A DNA stretch of 64,000 nt from a virus: positions 1 through 64,000 of the IMG/VR virus record IMGVR_UViG_3300049811_000692; one strand, 5' to 3'. Made by a program: the position numbers and the translations under genes. Position 1 is the stretch's first letter. Every line of letters begins with the position of its first letter. Under the pieces are notes generated by a model. The model ran no database searches. It was not told where the DNA came from and saw only the letters and a program-made list of their open reading frames with translations. Shown piece by piece: positions 8,856 to 17,576 of this stretch.

Positions 8856-8888
8856 CTTGACCCTCGGACCCCTCGCGCCGCCACGGTG
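8856..8888 (+). promoter_or_regulatory. Putative late promoter CTTGA-N16-GCCGCCACGGTG upstream of portal
   Basis: Same motif and spacing at 15796, 24273 and 37608; near-copy at 25759. Confidence 0.7.
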
Positions 8889-8931
8889 ATGGGGCTGGCC
8901 CGCCAGCCCCCGAGCGGTGCCGAGGAGACCA

Positions 8932-10809
8932 ATGAGCGACCAGGAGCTTTCGAGGCCGGGACCGCCAGGCGAGCCGCCGGGGACCCGCGCCGCTTCCATC
9001 CCCCGCTACCTCATCGATCGGGCCGCCCAAGGCCTGCGCGCGCTCATGCGCGGCCCCGAGCAGTTCTCGACCATCCGGGACAACGCCACCCCACCGCCGC
9101 CCACCAACCGGCCCGTCCAGCCCCCCGAAGTGCCCGCCAGCGCCACCGCCGCCTCGCCGGTCGAGGGCAGCGGCTACATGGGGCCCGGCGTCCCGCAGCG
9201 CCCCGCGATCGTCGAGTGGTCCGAGGTCGCCGGCCGCGCCTTCGACTACCAGCCCGGCATCAACCTCGACCTCAGGCCCCGCGGCACCGAAGGCATCACC
9301 TTCGAGATGCTGCGGAACCTGAGCCGCAACTACGACTTGCTCCGCCTCGCCATCGAGACCCGCAAGAACCAGCTCGCCAAGCTCGGCTGGTCCATCCTGC
9401 CCCGCCTCGACCCGGGCGAGCAGTTCCGCCGCCCAGCCGATGAGAGCTGCCGCGCCGTCGAGACGTGCCTGCGCCGCCCCGACGGGGTGAACGCCTGGCC
9501 CGAGTGGATCCGCATGATCGCCGAGGACAGCTTCGTCTGCGACGGCGTGGCCATCTTCCGGCGCCGCAACGCCGACGGGAAGCCCTACGCGCTCGAGGTC
9601 GTGGACCCGGGCACCATCAAGCTCCTCATCGACGTCACCGGCCGCCGCCCGCTGCCGCCGACGCCCGCCTACTCGCACGTCATCAAGGGCATGCCGCTCG
9701 CCCAGTACACCACGCGCGAGATGAGCTACTGGATCCGCAACCCCTCCTCGGATCGCGTGTACGGCTACGGCGAGGTCGAGCAGATCATCCGCACCGTGAT
9801 GATCGGCCTCGCCCGCATGGCCAAGCAGCTCGGGCACTACAACGGCTCGAACATCCCCGATGCCATGCTGCCCATGCCGCCTAACTGGAACCCGGCCCAG
9901 ATCGCCGAGTTCGAGCGGCACTTCCTGCAGATGATGCAGAACCCGGGGATGAAGCGGCGCGTCCACTTCATCCCGGGCGGCGTCGGCCAGCCGATCCTCA
10001 ACTCGACCGAGCAGACGCTCTTCGGGGGCTTCGACGAGTGGCTGGCGCGCATCGTCTGCTACGCCTTCTCGCTGCCGCCCTTCCCCTTCGTCCAGCAGAC
10101 GAACCGCGCCACCGCGCAAACCCAGTACGACGCCGCGCTCGAGGAGGGCCTCGCGCCCTTCCTCGCCAGCATCAAGGCGTTCATCGACCACGAGATCGCC
10201 GAGTTCTTCGGCTTCCCCGACCTCGAGCTGGTCTGGGACGACGTGCGCAAGCTCGACCCCGCCGAGCAGGCGAACCAGGACCAGGTGGACATGAAGTCCG
10301 GCCTGGCCTCGGTGGACGACGTGCGCGCCAAGCGCGGCCTCGACCCGGCCGGGCTCAGCGAGCCCCTGGTCTTCGGGGTGGGGCCGATGGGCTTCCTCTC
10401 CGTGAAGCAGATCCAGGCGATCCTCGAAGACGGCTCGAACATGCCGCCGTCCCCGGAGATGCTGGCGATGCAGCAGGCGGGGATGGGCGGGATGCCGGGC
10501 GATGACCCGCTGGCCGACGCGGACCCGGCCCTCCTCGAACAGCTTGGAATCGACCCGCAGGCCGCCGTGCAGGGCGCCGGGGTCGGGGGCGGCGCAGTGG
10601 GTCGGGGGACCGGCGCCGCCCCTTCTCTGGCCCAGATCGCGCGCACGGTGCAGACGCCGCCCGCGGTCAAGGCGCTCCTCGCCGGCATCGCCAGCCGAAC
10701 GCCCGCGGGGCCGGCCGAGGAGCCGCCCGAGAAGGCGGCGCCCATGACGGCCAAGAAGCCGCCCCCCAAGGTCGCGGCGAAGGAGGAGGAGGACGATGGC
10801 GGGGCGTGA
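8932..10809 (+). CDS. Phage portal protein
   Basis: FDYQPGIN, LRNLSRNYDLLRLAIETRK, PYALEVVDPGTIK, YGYGEVEQII, DEWLARIVCYAFS.PP, EEGLAP, VDDVRAKRGLDP; first gene of the head module. Confidence 0.9.
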   Translation: MSDQELSRPGPPGEPPGTRAASIPRYLIDRAAQGLRALMRGPEQFSTIRDNATPPPPTNRPVQPPEVPASATAASPVEGSGYMGPGVPQRPAIVEWSEVAGRAFDYQPGINLDLRPRGTEGITFEMLRNLSRNYDLLRLAIETRKNQLAKLGWSILPRLDPGEQFRRPADESCRAVETCLRRPDGVNAWPEWIRMIAEDSFVCDGVAIFRRRNADGKPYALEVVDPGTIKLLIDVTGRRPLPPTPAYSHVIKGMPLAQYTTREMSYWIRNPSSDRVYGYGEVEQIIRTVMIGLARMAKQLGHYNGSNIPDAMLPMPPNWNPAQIAEFERHFLQMMQNPGMKRRVHFIPGGVGQPILNSTEQTLFGGFDEWLARIVCYAFSLPPFPFVQQTNRATAQTQYDAALEEGLAPFLASIKAFIDHEIAEFFGFPDLELVWDDVRKLDPAEQANQDQVDMKSGLASVDDVRAKRGLDPAGLSEPLVFGVGPMGFLSVKQIQAILEDGSNMPPSPEMLAMQQAGMGGMPGDDPLADADPALLEQLGIDPQAAVQGAGVGGGAVGRGTGAAPSLAQIARTVQTPPAVKALLAGIASRTPAGPAEEPPEKAAPMTAKKPPPKVAAKEEEDDGGA

Positions 10810-12703
10810 AGACCGGCAGCCGGCCATCCCGGCCGCGCTGGGCGCGGGGGCAGGCGTCTATGCGGGCTGGAAGGGCGCGAAGGCCCTGAACGGCGTCCGC
10901 CGTGACGTGGTGGCGGGCAACATCAAGGCGGCCCGGCGCGGGACCGAGCAGCGGGCGGCGCGCATGGCGGCGAGCGGCCAGGGCGGGCAGGTGGCCGGCC
11001 TGCGAGCCAAGGTGCGCCAGGAGGCGTTCAAGATCACGGCGCAGGCGCAGCGCAGCGCCCCGAATGGTGGGCGGGTGCTTGGGACCGTCTCGCCGGCCGC
11101 GCTGCCGAAGCTCTCGGAGGCACCCGGGCGCGCGCTGGCGGCGCGCGTGCCGCGCCTGAGCCCCTGGGCCAAGGGGGCGACGAAGGTGGGCCTGGCGGGC
11201 GCGGCCGCAGGCTGGGCCGCGTCGAAGATGGGGTGGTTCGACAAGGCGGCGGGGGCCGCGGAGCTGCGCAAGGCCTGGTCGCTCGCCAGCTGGCTGGGCG
11301 GCTCGCGGCGCATGAAGCCGCCGCCAGCCCGGCGCTCGCTCTACGCGCCCGAAGACCCGGGCTACGCCGACACGCGCCTGGCGCCCAAGGCCGTGCAGCC
11401 AGCCGGCGCGCCGGCGCAGCGGTGGAAGAAGTTCAACCGCGTGGGGGGCGGCTCCTACTGGCGCGACAGCTGGCGGGGCGACCTGCAGGAGGGGCTGCGG
11501 CAGAGGGGGCTGATGAAGGAGGCGCCGCCAGCCTCCGAAGAGGAGCGGTGGGCTCGTATCGGCGCGGGGTCAGTGGGGGGCGCGGCAGCTGGCCTGGTGG
11601 GCGGAAGCCTCGGCGCGCTGGTCGGCGAGGGCGCGGGGCAGATCAGCGAGGCTAAGCTTCGCAGTCCGACGCTCACCAAGCGCTCCCCCGGCACGCCGCT
11701 CTCCGAGGAGGAGCGCCAGCAGCGCGTGGAGGCCGCCCGGGCGCGCTGGGCGAACCACATCCCCGACGCTGACCCCGAGCCGGCACCGGCCGCGGCCGCG
11801 GCACGGGCGAAGTGGCGCCCGCCCAGCCAGCGCATCAACCAGGTCAGCCGGAAGGAGTACGCGGCCCGCAACGCCGCGGCGAAGGAACGCTGGCGCGCCA
11901 TCCAGGAGGCGAAGTTCAACGACCGCGAGGCGCGCCGCGCGAAGCTCGCCGCCGGCGAGGAGGCGCCCCCCGACAAGGGGAAGGTGTACTTTGACCCCAC
12001 CACCCGCCCCGAGCAGCCGGCCGAGCCGCGCCCGCAGGGCCGGGGCTGGACCGGGGCACGCCTCGGTGTCGGCCGCGGCGTGAAGACCGCCACCTGGCCG
12101 GGCAGCCGGGCCTGGGACGTGCAGGACGGGAAGCTGGTCGCCTACGAGACGCCCGAGAAGGGCCCGGGCCGCACCTACCGCACCTGGAAGGTGACGCCCC
12201 TCAAGCCGAAGGACATGCCCGACGCCGAGTACATCGCGATCGGCCGCAAGGCGGTCGCGCAGATGGAGGGCTGGAAGGGGCCGATCTTCGAGGACATCGT
12301 CCGGACGGACAGCTTCCGGGACAAGCCCGTGATGCCGGCCGACCCCGACCCGCGGGTGGTCCGCATCGCCTGGAACCACGCGCGCCAGATGGCGCTGAAC
12401 AACGTGATGCTCCAGCGCGTCGAGGGAGACTTCTCCTTCAACCCGCGGGTGCGCGAGCAGCTGCGGGGCTACGAGGGTCTGGTGCGGGACCTGACCTACC
12501 GGCTGACCGGCCGGCTGCGGCACGAGACGCCCGAGACTTGGGCACGCTTCCGGGCCGAGTTCGGCCAGGAGAAGGCCGATGGGGCGGTGTACCTCAAGGA
12601 CACGAAGGGCGGCTTCAAGGCGGGCGAGAAGCGCAAGGCCGGGCAGCGCCACGCGGTCCTGGTGAAGCGGGCAGGGGGTGCCGATGCCGCGGCTTCTCGA
12701 TGA
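10796..12703 (+). CDS. Putative internal head cargo polyprotein 1 (cationic Gly/Ala-helix modules plus unknown globular domain)
   Basis: GGAGG RBS; modules separated by ELRK, GLMK and TLTK; leader LSEEERQQRVEAARARW at 11699-11749. Confidence 0.7.
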   Translation: MAGREDRQPAIPAALGAGAGVYAGWKGAKALNGVRRDVVAGNIKAARRGTEQRAARMAASGQGGQVAGLRAKVRQEAFKITAQAQRSAPNGGRVLGTVSPAALPKLSEAPGRALAARVPRLSPWAKGATKVGLAGAAAGWAASKMGWFDKAAGAAELRKAWSLASWLGGSRRMKPPPARRSLYAPEDPGYADTRLAPKAVQPAGAPAQRWKKFNRVGGGSYWRDSWRGDLQEGLRQRGLMKEAPPASEEERWARIGAGSVGGAAAGLVGGSLGALVGEGAGQISEAKLRSPTLTKRSPGTPLSEEERQQRVEAARARWANHIPDADPEPAPAAAAARAKWRPPSQRINQVSRKEYAARNAAAKERWRAIQEAKFNDREARRAKLAAGEEAPPDKGKVYFDPTTRPEQPAEPRPQGRGWTGARLGVGRGVKTATWPGSRAWDVQDGKLVAYETPEKGPGRTYRTWKVTPLKPKDMPDAEYIAIGRKAVAQMEGWKGPIFEDIVRTDSFRDKPVMPADPDPRVVRIAWNHARQMALNNVMLQRVEGDFSFNPRVREQLRGYEGLVRDLTYRLTGRLRHETPETWARFRAEFGQEKADGAVYLKDTKGGFKAGEKRKAGQRHAVLVKRAGGADAAASR

Positions 12704-12875
12704 GCGCCGCGCGCGGGCCGAGGCCATGTGGGGCACCTACCTCGCGCGGGTGATCGTAGGCGCGGTGGCGGGGGCGCTGGTGGTGTTCGGCCTGGGGGTG
12801 ACGATCGCCTACTGGCGGGCGCACGGGCGCTTCGGGAGCCAGGCCGACATCCTGAACTGGCTCTTCGGGCTGTGA
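12684..12875 (+). CDS. Small single-TM membrane protein
   Basis: VIVGAVAGALVVFGLGVTIAYW; fills the gap and overlaps the next GTG start. Confidence 0.6.
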   Translation: MPRLLDERRARAEAMWGTYLARVIVGAVAGALVVFGLGVTIAYWRAHGRFGSQADILNWLFGL

Positions 12876-15715
12876 GCGGGACGCTGACGGAGGCCGAGCG
12901 CCAGCAGCGCGTCGAGGCGGCGAAGGCCAGGTGGAGGAAGTGGCGCGAGCGCGGCGCCGCGGCCGTGGGTGCCGGGCTGGGGGCGTGGGGTGGCGCGGAA
13001 CTCGCGGGCCGGGCGGTCGAGATCGGCGCCCAGGCTGGTTTGGAAGGGGGGCGATCCCAGGCCAGCGCGGCCCTTGCCGTGGCCGAGCGGCGGGTGCGCC
13101 GTCATGCCCGCAAGGCGGGCCGGCAGATCGAGAACGCCGCCTACGAGTGGCCCATGGGGGCCTACTACCGGTTCAGCGGACGGGCGCAGCGCCTGGCCCA
13201 GAAGGATGCGGCGCGGCTCTCAGGCATCCACCCGAGCGCCACGCGCGCGACGCGCCGGCAGCCGCGACGGGAGCATAGCGAGGCCGACCTGGCGCGCCGG
13301 GCCGACATCTTGACCGGCCGAAGCCCCGAGCTGCCCTCGGGCCGCGACTATGCGCGGACGAGGGCGCGCCTCAAGGAGGTGGCGGCGCTCGAGGAGCTGG
13401 TGGCGCGCTGGCCGCAGCAGGCGACGGCCGAGGAGCTGCGGCGATTCCAGAGCGCGAAGGGGCCGAGCGACGCCCTGCATCGCGCTCGGCTGCGCGCGGC
13501 CGCGGCGCTCCCGAAGACCAAGCTCACCTTGGAGCGGACGGGCACCGGCATTCGGCCGGGGCGCTCCCCGACGCCGGCGCTCGAGGCGCGTCTGGCCGAT
13601 GCGCGCGCGAAGGCCGACAGCGCCACCGAGGTTCGGCTTCGGGCGGGAGAGCTCTACCGCAACCCGCCCGATCCGAAGCGCTGGAAGATCGCGGGCGAAG
13701 ATCGGCGGCCCTACCCGCAGCGCTCCCTGGGGCCGGCCGAGCAGAGGCTCTGGCAGGACCGCCCCTTCGAAGTCGGCGGGCCGCCGCCCAAGCAGCGGCG
13801 CACGCGCGCCTGGCCGACGCGGGCCGACTTCGAGACGCTGCGCGAGGAGGTGCGGGCCAGCGTGCGGCAGCGGCACGCGGCCTTCGCGAGCGCGGAGCGC
13901 GCCCGCGGCGCCGGGAAGGCCGAGGCGGCTCGCGGGGCCGGGGCGGCCACGGCAGCGCGGTGGCGACGCGCGGCCGGGAAGGCCAGGTCCGGCGCGGCGG
14001 CAGCCGGGGCCCTTGGTGGCGGCCTCCTGGCCTACGGCCTGGCCCGCGCCATGCGGCGCAAGGAGCCGGTGGAGAAGCTTGCCAAGGGGCTGACCGAGGC
14101 GCAGCGCCAGCAGCGCGTCGAGGCGGCCAAGGCGCGGTGGGCGAAAGCGAGGACCGCCACCGCCGCGCAGCGGGTGCGCGAGGCCAGGGCGCGAGGGGAG
14201 CGCCTGGTCTATCGCGGAGCGCCGACCCCCGATTGGCAGCCGACCCCACGGAAGTACGCGGGGATCTTCGTGACTCCGAGCAAGGGCTTCGCCCGAGACT
14301 ACGCCTCCCCGACCGCGGGAAGGGCCGGGTGGATCACGTCCTACGCCATGCGCAACAACCTCGACCTGATCGACCTGGGCGAGGCGGGCCGCGAGGTGAC
14401 GGCGCGAGAGCCAGACGCGCGCGGGAAGCGCTTCATTCGCCGGTCTCAGGCGCTCCTCGCCGCCGAGATCGAGCACGGCGACGCGGCCGCAAAGCGCAGG
14501 GCCATGCGCCGCGGCCTTCGCGGTGATGATGAGGTTCCCGAAAGCGCGCGGTACCGGGAGGGTGCGGCTTGGAGCAGCCACACGCTGGCCTTCCCGCACG
14601 ACGCCCACAACCTTCGCGGCCTGCGTGCCGACGGGACGCGCCTCGTCAATCTCGAGGCCGACGCGCCGTCCATCATGATCGGGGACGGCAAGCTCCTGCG
14701 TCCGCTCTACGCGCGCAGCGCTGGCTCCGACCGCAAGGTCATGCTCGCCAAGGCTGCCCCCGACGAGCCGGGCAAGTCCGCGCCCGAGCGGGTGGCCGCG
14801 CGCACCGAGAAGACGCTCGCCCGGCGCCTCGCCTCGCTCTTCCAGGCGTGGGGGGCCAAGCCCAACGACACCGGCCGCGCCGAGCAGGTCGAGGAGGCCA
14901 TCCGCGAGGCCGTCCGCAACGCCTTCGAGGACATGGGGGGCGTCATCGAACGCGAGGGCGGCCTGCAGGCGCCGCCGACCGAGCAGAACCCGACCATCGC
15001 CTTCAACTTCGACATGCGGACCCAGCGCGTCGAGCAGGGCCTCCGGGAGTACGCCTTCGGCCTGGTCCGCGCGATCAGCAACGACAGCCGCGAGGCGATC
15101 CGCACGGCGATGCTGCTCGGCGCCACCACCGGCGCCACCATCCCCGACCAGGCGCGCCTCATCCGGCAGAGCGTGGGCCTCTCGCCCGGCCAGGTGCAGT
15201 GGGTCCACTCCTTCGAGCGCCAGCTGCGCCGCCTCGATCCCAGGGCGCTCGACCGCGCGCTGCGGGACCGGCGCTTCGACCCCACCATCCGCCGCGCCAT
15301 CGAGACGGGAACGCCGCTGTCGGACGAGCAGGTGGCGAAGTACGTGGACGCCTACCGCCGCCGCACCCTGGCCTACCGGGCGACGACCATCGCGCGCACC
15401 GAGGGCATCCGGGCGACCAACATGGCGAGCGTCGCCCAGGCCCAGGCGATGATCGAGGCCGACCCGACCCTCGACGTCGAGAAGACCTGGATCACCGCCG
15501 GCGACGAGCGGGTGCGCTCGAGCCACCAGCGCCTCTCGGGACAGGTGGTGGTGGGGATGAACACGCCCTTCACGACCACGGGGGAGGACGGGCAGCCCGT
15601 CCAGATCCGCTGGCCGCACGACCCGCTCGCGCCGGCGAGCGAGACGGTGCAGTGCCGCTGCGTCCTGGGCCTGCGGATCATCCGCAAGCCCGAGGCTGGC
15701 ACGCCCCTCGCCTGA
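12872..15715 (+). CDS. MuF/SPP1 gp7-family minor head protein with N-terminal cargo modules including an ART-like domain
   Basis: C-terminal RATTIARTE...KTWITAGDERVRSSH...WPHDP...ETVQCRC (MuF); internal VYRG...GIFVT....ARDYA (ART-like). Confidence 0.85.
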   Translation: MSGTLTEAERQQRVEAAKARWRKWRERGAAAVGAGLGAWGGAELAGRAVEIGAQAGLEGGRSQASAALAVAERRVRRHARKAGRQIENAAYEWPMGAYYRFSGRAQRLAQKDAARLSGIHPSATRATRRQPRREHSEADLARRADILTGRSPELPSGRDYARTRARLKEVAALEELVARWPQQATAEELRRFQSAKGPSDALHRARLRAAAALPKTKLTLERTGTGIRPGRSPTPALEARLADARAKADSATEVRLRAGELYRNPPDPKRWKIAGEDRRPYPQRSLGPAEQRLWQDRPFEVGGPPPKQRRTRAWPTRADFETLREEVRASVRQRHAAFASAERARGAGKAEAARGAGAATAARWRRAAGKARSGAAAAGALGGGLLAYGLARAMRRKEPVEKLAKGLTEAQRQQRVEAAKARWAKARTATAAQRVREARARGERLVYRGAPTPDWQPTPRKYAGIFVTPSKGFARDYASPTAGRAGWITSYAMRNNLDLIDLGEAGREVTAREPDARGKRFIRRSQALLAAEIEHGDAAAKRRAMRRGLRGDDEVPESARYREGAAWSSHTLAFPHDAHNLRGLRADGTRLVNLEADAPSIMIGDGKLLRPLYARSAGSDRKVMLAKAAPDEPGKSAPERVAARTEKTLARRLASLFQAWGAKPNDTGRAEQVEEAIREAVRNAFEDMGGVIEREGGLQAPPTEQNPTIAFNFDMRTQRVEQGLREYAFGLVRAISNDSREAIRTAMLLGATTGATIPDQARLIRQSVGLSPGQVQWVHSFERQLRRLDPRALDRALRDRRFDPTIRRAIETGTPLSDEQVAKYVDAYRRRTLAYRATTIARTEGIRATNMASVAQAQAMIEADPTLDVEKTWITAGDERVRSSHQRLSGQVVVGMNTPFTTTGEDGQPVQIRWPHDPLAPASETVQCRCVLGLRIIRKPEAGTPLA

Positions 15716-15795
15716 GGTGACGGCAGGCGGTAGGTGGCCGGCGCGGCGAGGGGAAGATGCCCCGCGGCCCCGTCCCAATCAAGCGTGACGAGGGG

Positions 15796-15828
15796 CTTGC
15801 GCCGCCCCGGCACCATGCCGCCACGGTG
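15796..15828 (+). promoter_or_regulatory. Putative late promoter CTTGC-N16-GCCGCCACGGTG
   Basis: Intergenic, 23 nt before ATG 15852; member of the repeated motif family. Confidence 0.7.
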
Positions 15829-15851
15829 GAGGACCAGCCCGGAGCGCCTCC

Positions 15852-17564
15852 ATGAACTTCACCGACGACCACCTGGCCGCCATCCAGCAGGCGATCGCGT
15901 CGCTGCCGACGCCGCTGGATCAGAACCGCGCCCTGGTCGCGGCGACGCTCTACGCCCAGGAGGCCGACGCGGCCCTGGCGAAGGGCGAGCGGCCGCCCGA
16001 GGGTGACGCACTCCGCAAGGCGGTGAACGAGGCGGTCGAGGGGGCGCTGGCGAAGGCGGAGGACGGGGCGCCGAAGAAGCGGCGCTCGCTGGTCGGGCAG
16101 GTGGCGGTCGGCGCGGTGACCGGCGCGGCCGCGGGTGCGGCGGGCTCGACGGCCAAGAGGCTTGGGACGGCATACGGGCTTCCGGCGACGATGCGGGCCT
16201 CCACCCCGGGGCAGCGCCGCGGCGTCTCAGATCTCATCGTGACAACGCAGCTCACCTCTAGCCCGAAGCGCCATGAGCTGTGGCGGAAGGCCACGAAGAA
16301 GCTGGAAGCGGGCGGGGGAATGACGGGGCGGGAAGTGTTCACCATGCGCCACGGCGCGGCCAAGGTGATCGCGGCGCTCCCGTCTCGGCGCTCGGTGAAG
16401 TACGGCGCGGCCGCCGGCGCGGCGGCGGGCGCGGGCATCTACGTGGGCAAGCGGCTCTTCGGGGGCAGCAAGGCCGAGAAGGCGGCGGCGGGCGGGGCGC
16501 TGGCGAAGGGGGAGGACGGGGCGCCGAAGAAGCGGCGCTCGCTGGTCGGGCAAGTGGCGGTCGGCGCGGCGACCGGCGCGGCCGCGGGTGCGGCGGGCTC
16601 GACGGCCAAGCGGCTCGCGGTGTCGCAAGGCCTTCCGGCCATTTCGATGCGCGGTAGCTCCAGGGACGAGCGCCGCGCGCTGTCTTCGATACTCTCGGCA
16701 GGGCAAGTTCTGAGCAGCCCGCTTCGCCACAAGGTCTGGATGGCTAGCACCGAAGACCTTCTGGCACGCGGCCAGTACGAGGCGCGCGACAGGGTGGCAA
16801 ATGTCATCGCGGCCCTGCCGTCTCGGCGCTCGGTGAAGTACGGCGCGGCCGCCGGCGCGGCGGCGGGCGCGGGCATCTACGTGGGCAAGCGGATCTTCGG
16901 AGGGCGCAGCGCCGAAAAGGCGGCGGCGGGCGGGGCGCTGGCGAAGGCCCTCTCCTCCCTCCCGCTCGCCCAGCGCGAGCACGCCATCGACCTGATCGAG
17001 GCCGGGCGCGAGGAGACGCTGAAGAAGATGTTCCCGGGCGTCCTCGCCGCGGCGAAGGGCCTGTGGACGGCGGCGAACGTCGCCGGCACCGGCATGGCCG
17101 TCCGCGACCTCTGGCGCGCCGGAAGCGCGGCCGCGGGCCGCATGGCCGGCTCTGCCGCAGGCGCGGCGCGCGGCGCGGCCATGGGCGCCTCCCGCGCCGG
17201 GCGCGCGGGCTACGCCGGTATCCGGGCCGGCATGCGCGGCTCGCCCCGCGTGTACTCGGCCGCCAAGGGGAAGTGGGGCGCGCGCGGCTTCGACGCCGGC
17301 GCCAAGCTGCGTGGGGCGGGCAACTTCGCCATGGCCCACGGCGGGCGCGCGGCCTCCGAGGCGGCCGAGGGTGTGGTGAGCCGCTACGGCCCCCGCGCCA
17401 TGCGCGCCGGCCAGGCGGCTCTCTCGAACCGGGGCGTGCAGATCGGCGCGGCAGGCGTGGCCGCCGGCGGCGTGGGGTCGAGCATGGGCTACCAGTCGGG
17501 CCGCCAGGACGAGCGGAACTCCAACCCCTTCATCCGCAACCAGCAGCGCCGCAAGGCCGTCTGA
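15852..17564 (+). CDS. Putative head cargo polyprotein 2 with tandem duplicated modules
   Basis: Acidic leader with ALAK/ALRK sites, two homologous modules and a third Gly/Ala/Arg-rich module. Confidence 0.75.
   Translation: MNFTDDHLAAIQQAIASLPTPLDQNRALVAATLYAQEADAALAKGERPPEGDALRKAVNEAVEGALAKAEDGAPKKRRSLVGQVAVGAVTGAAAGAAGSTAKRLGTAYGLPATMRASTPGQRRGVSDLIVTTQLTSSPKRHELWRKATKKLEAGGGMTGREVFTMRHGAAKVIAALPSRRSVKYGAAAGAAAGAGIYVGKRLFGGSKAEKAAAGGALAKGEDGAPKKRRSLVGQVAVGAATGAAAGAAGSTAKRLAVSQGLPAISMRGSSRDERRALSSILSAGQVLSSPLRHKVWMASTEDLLARGQYEARDRVANVIAALPSRRSVKYGAAAGAAAGAGIYVGKRIFGGRSAEKAAAGGALAKALSSLPLAQREHAIDLIEAGREETLKKMFPGVLAAAKGLWTAANVAGTGMAVRDLWRAGSAAAGRMAGSAAGAARGAAMGASRAGRAGYAGIRAGMRGSPRVYSAAKGKWGARGFDAGAKLRGAGNFAMAHGGRAASEAAEGVVSRYGPRAMRAGQAALSNRGVQIGAAGVAAGGVGSSMGYQSGRQDERNSNPFIRNQQRRKAV
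16041..16947 (+). repeat. Tandem duplication with near-identical flanks and diverged cores
   Basis: 16041-16157 vs 16494-16610 (117 bp, 3 mismatches); 16380-16454 vs 16818-16892 (75 bp identical). Confidence 0.92.
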
Positions 17565-17576
17565 GGAGACGCGCAG

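Noticed and set aside
16041-16947. Diversity-generating retroelement TR/VR pair
   Set aside because: Differences are not adenine-specific, both copies are in one ORF, and no reverse transcriptase is visible.
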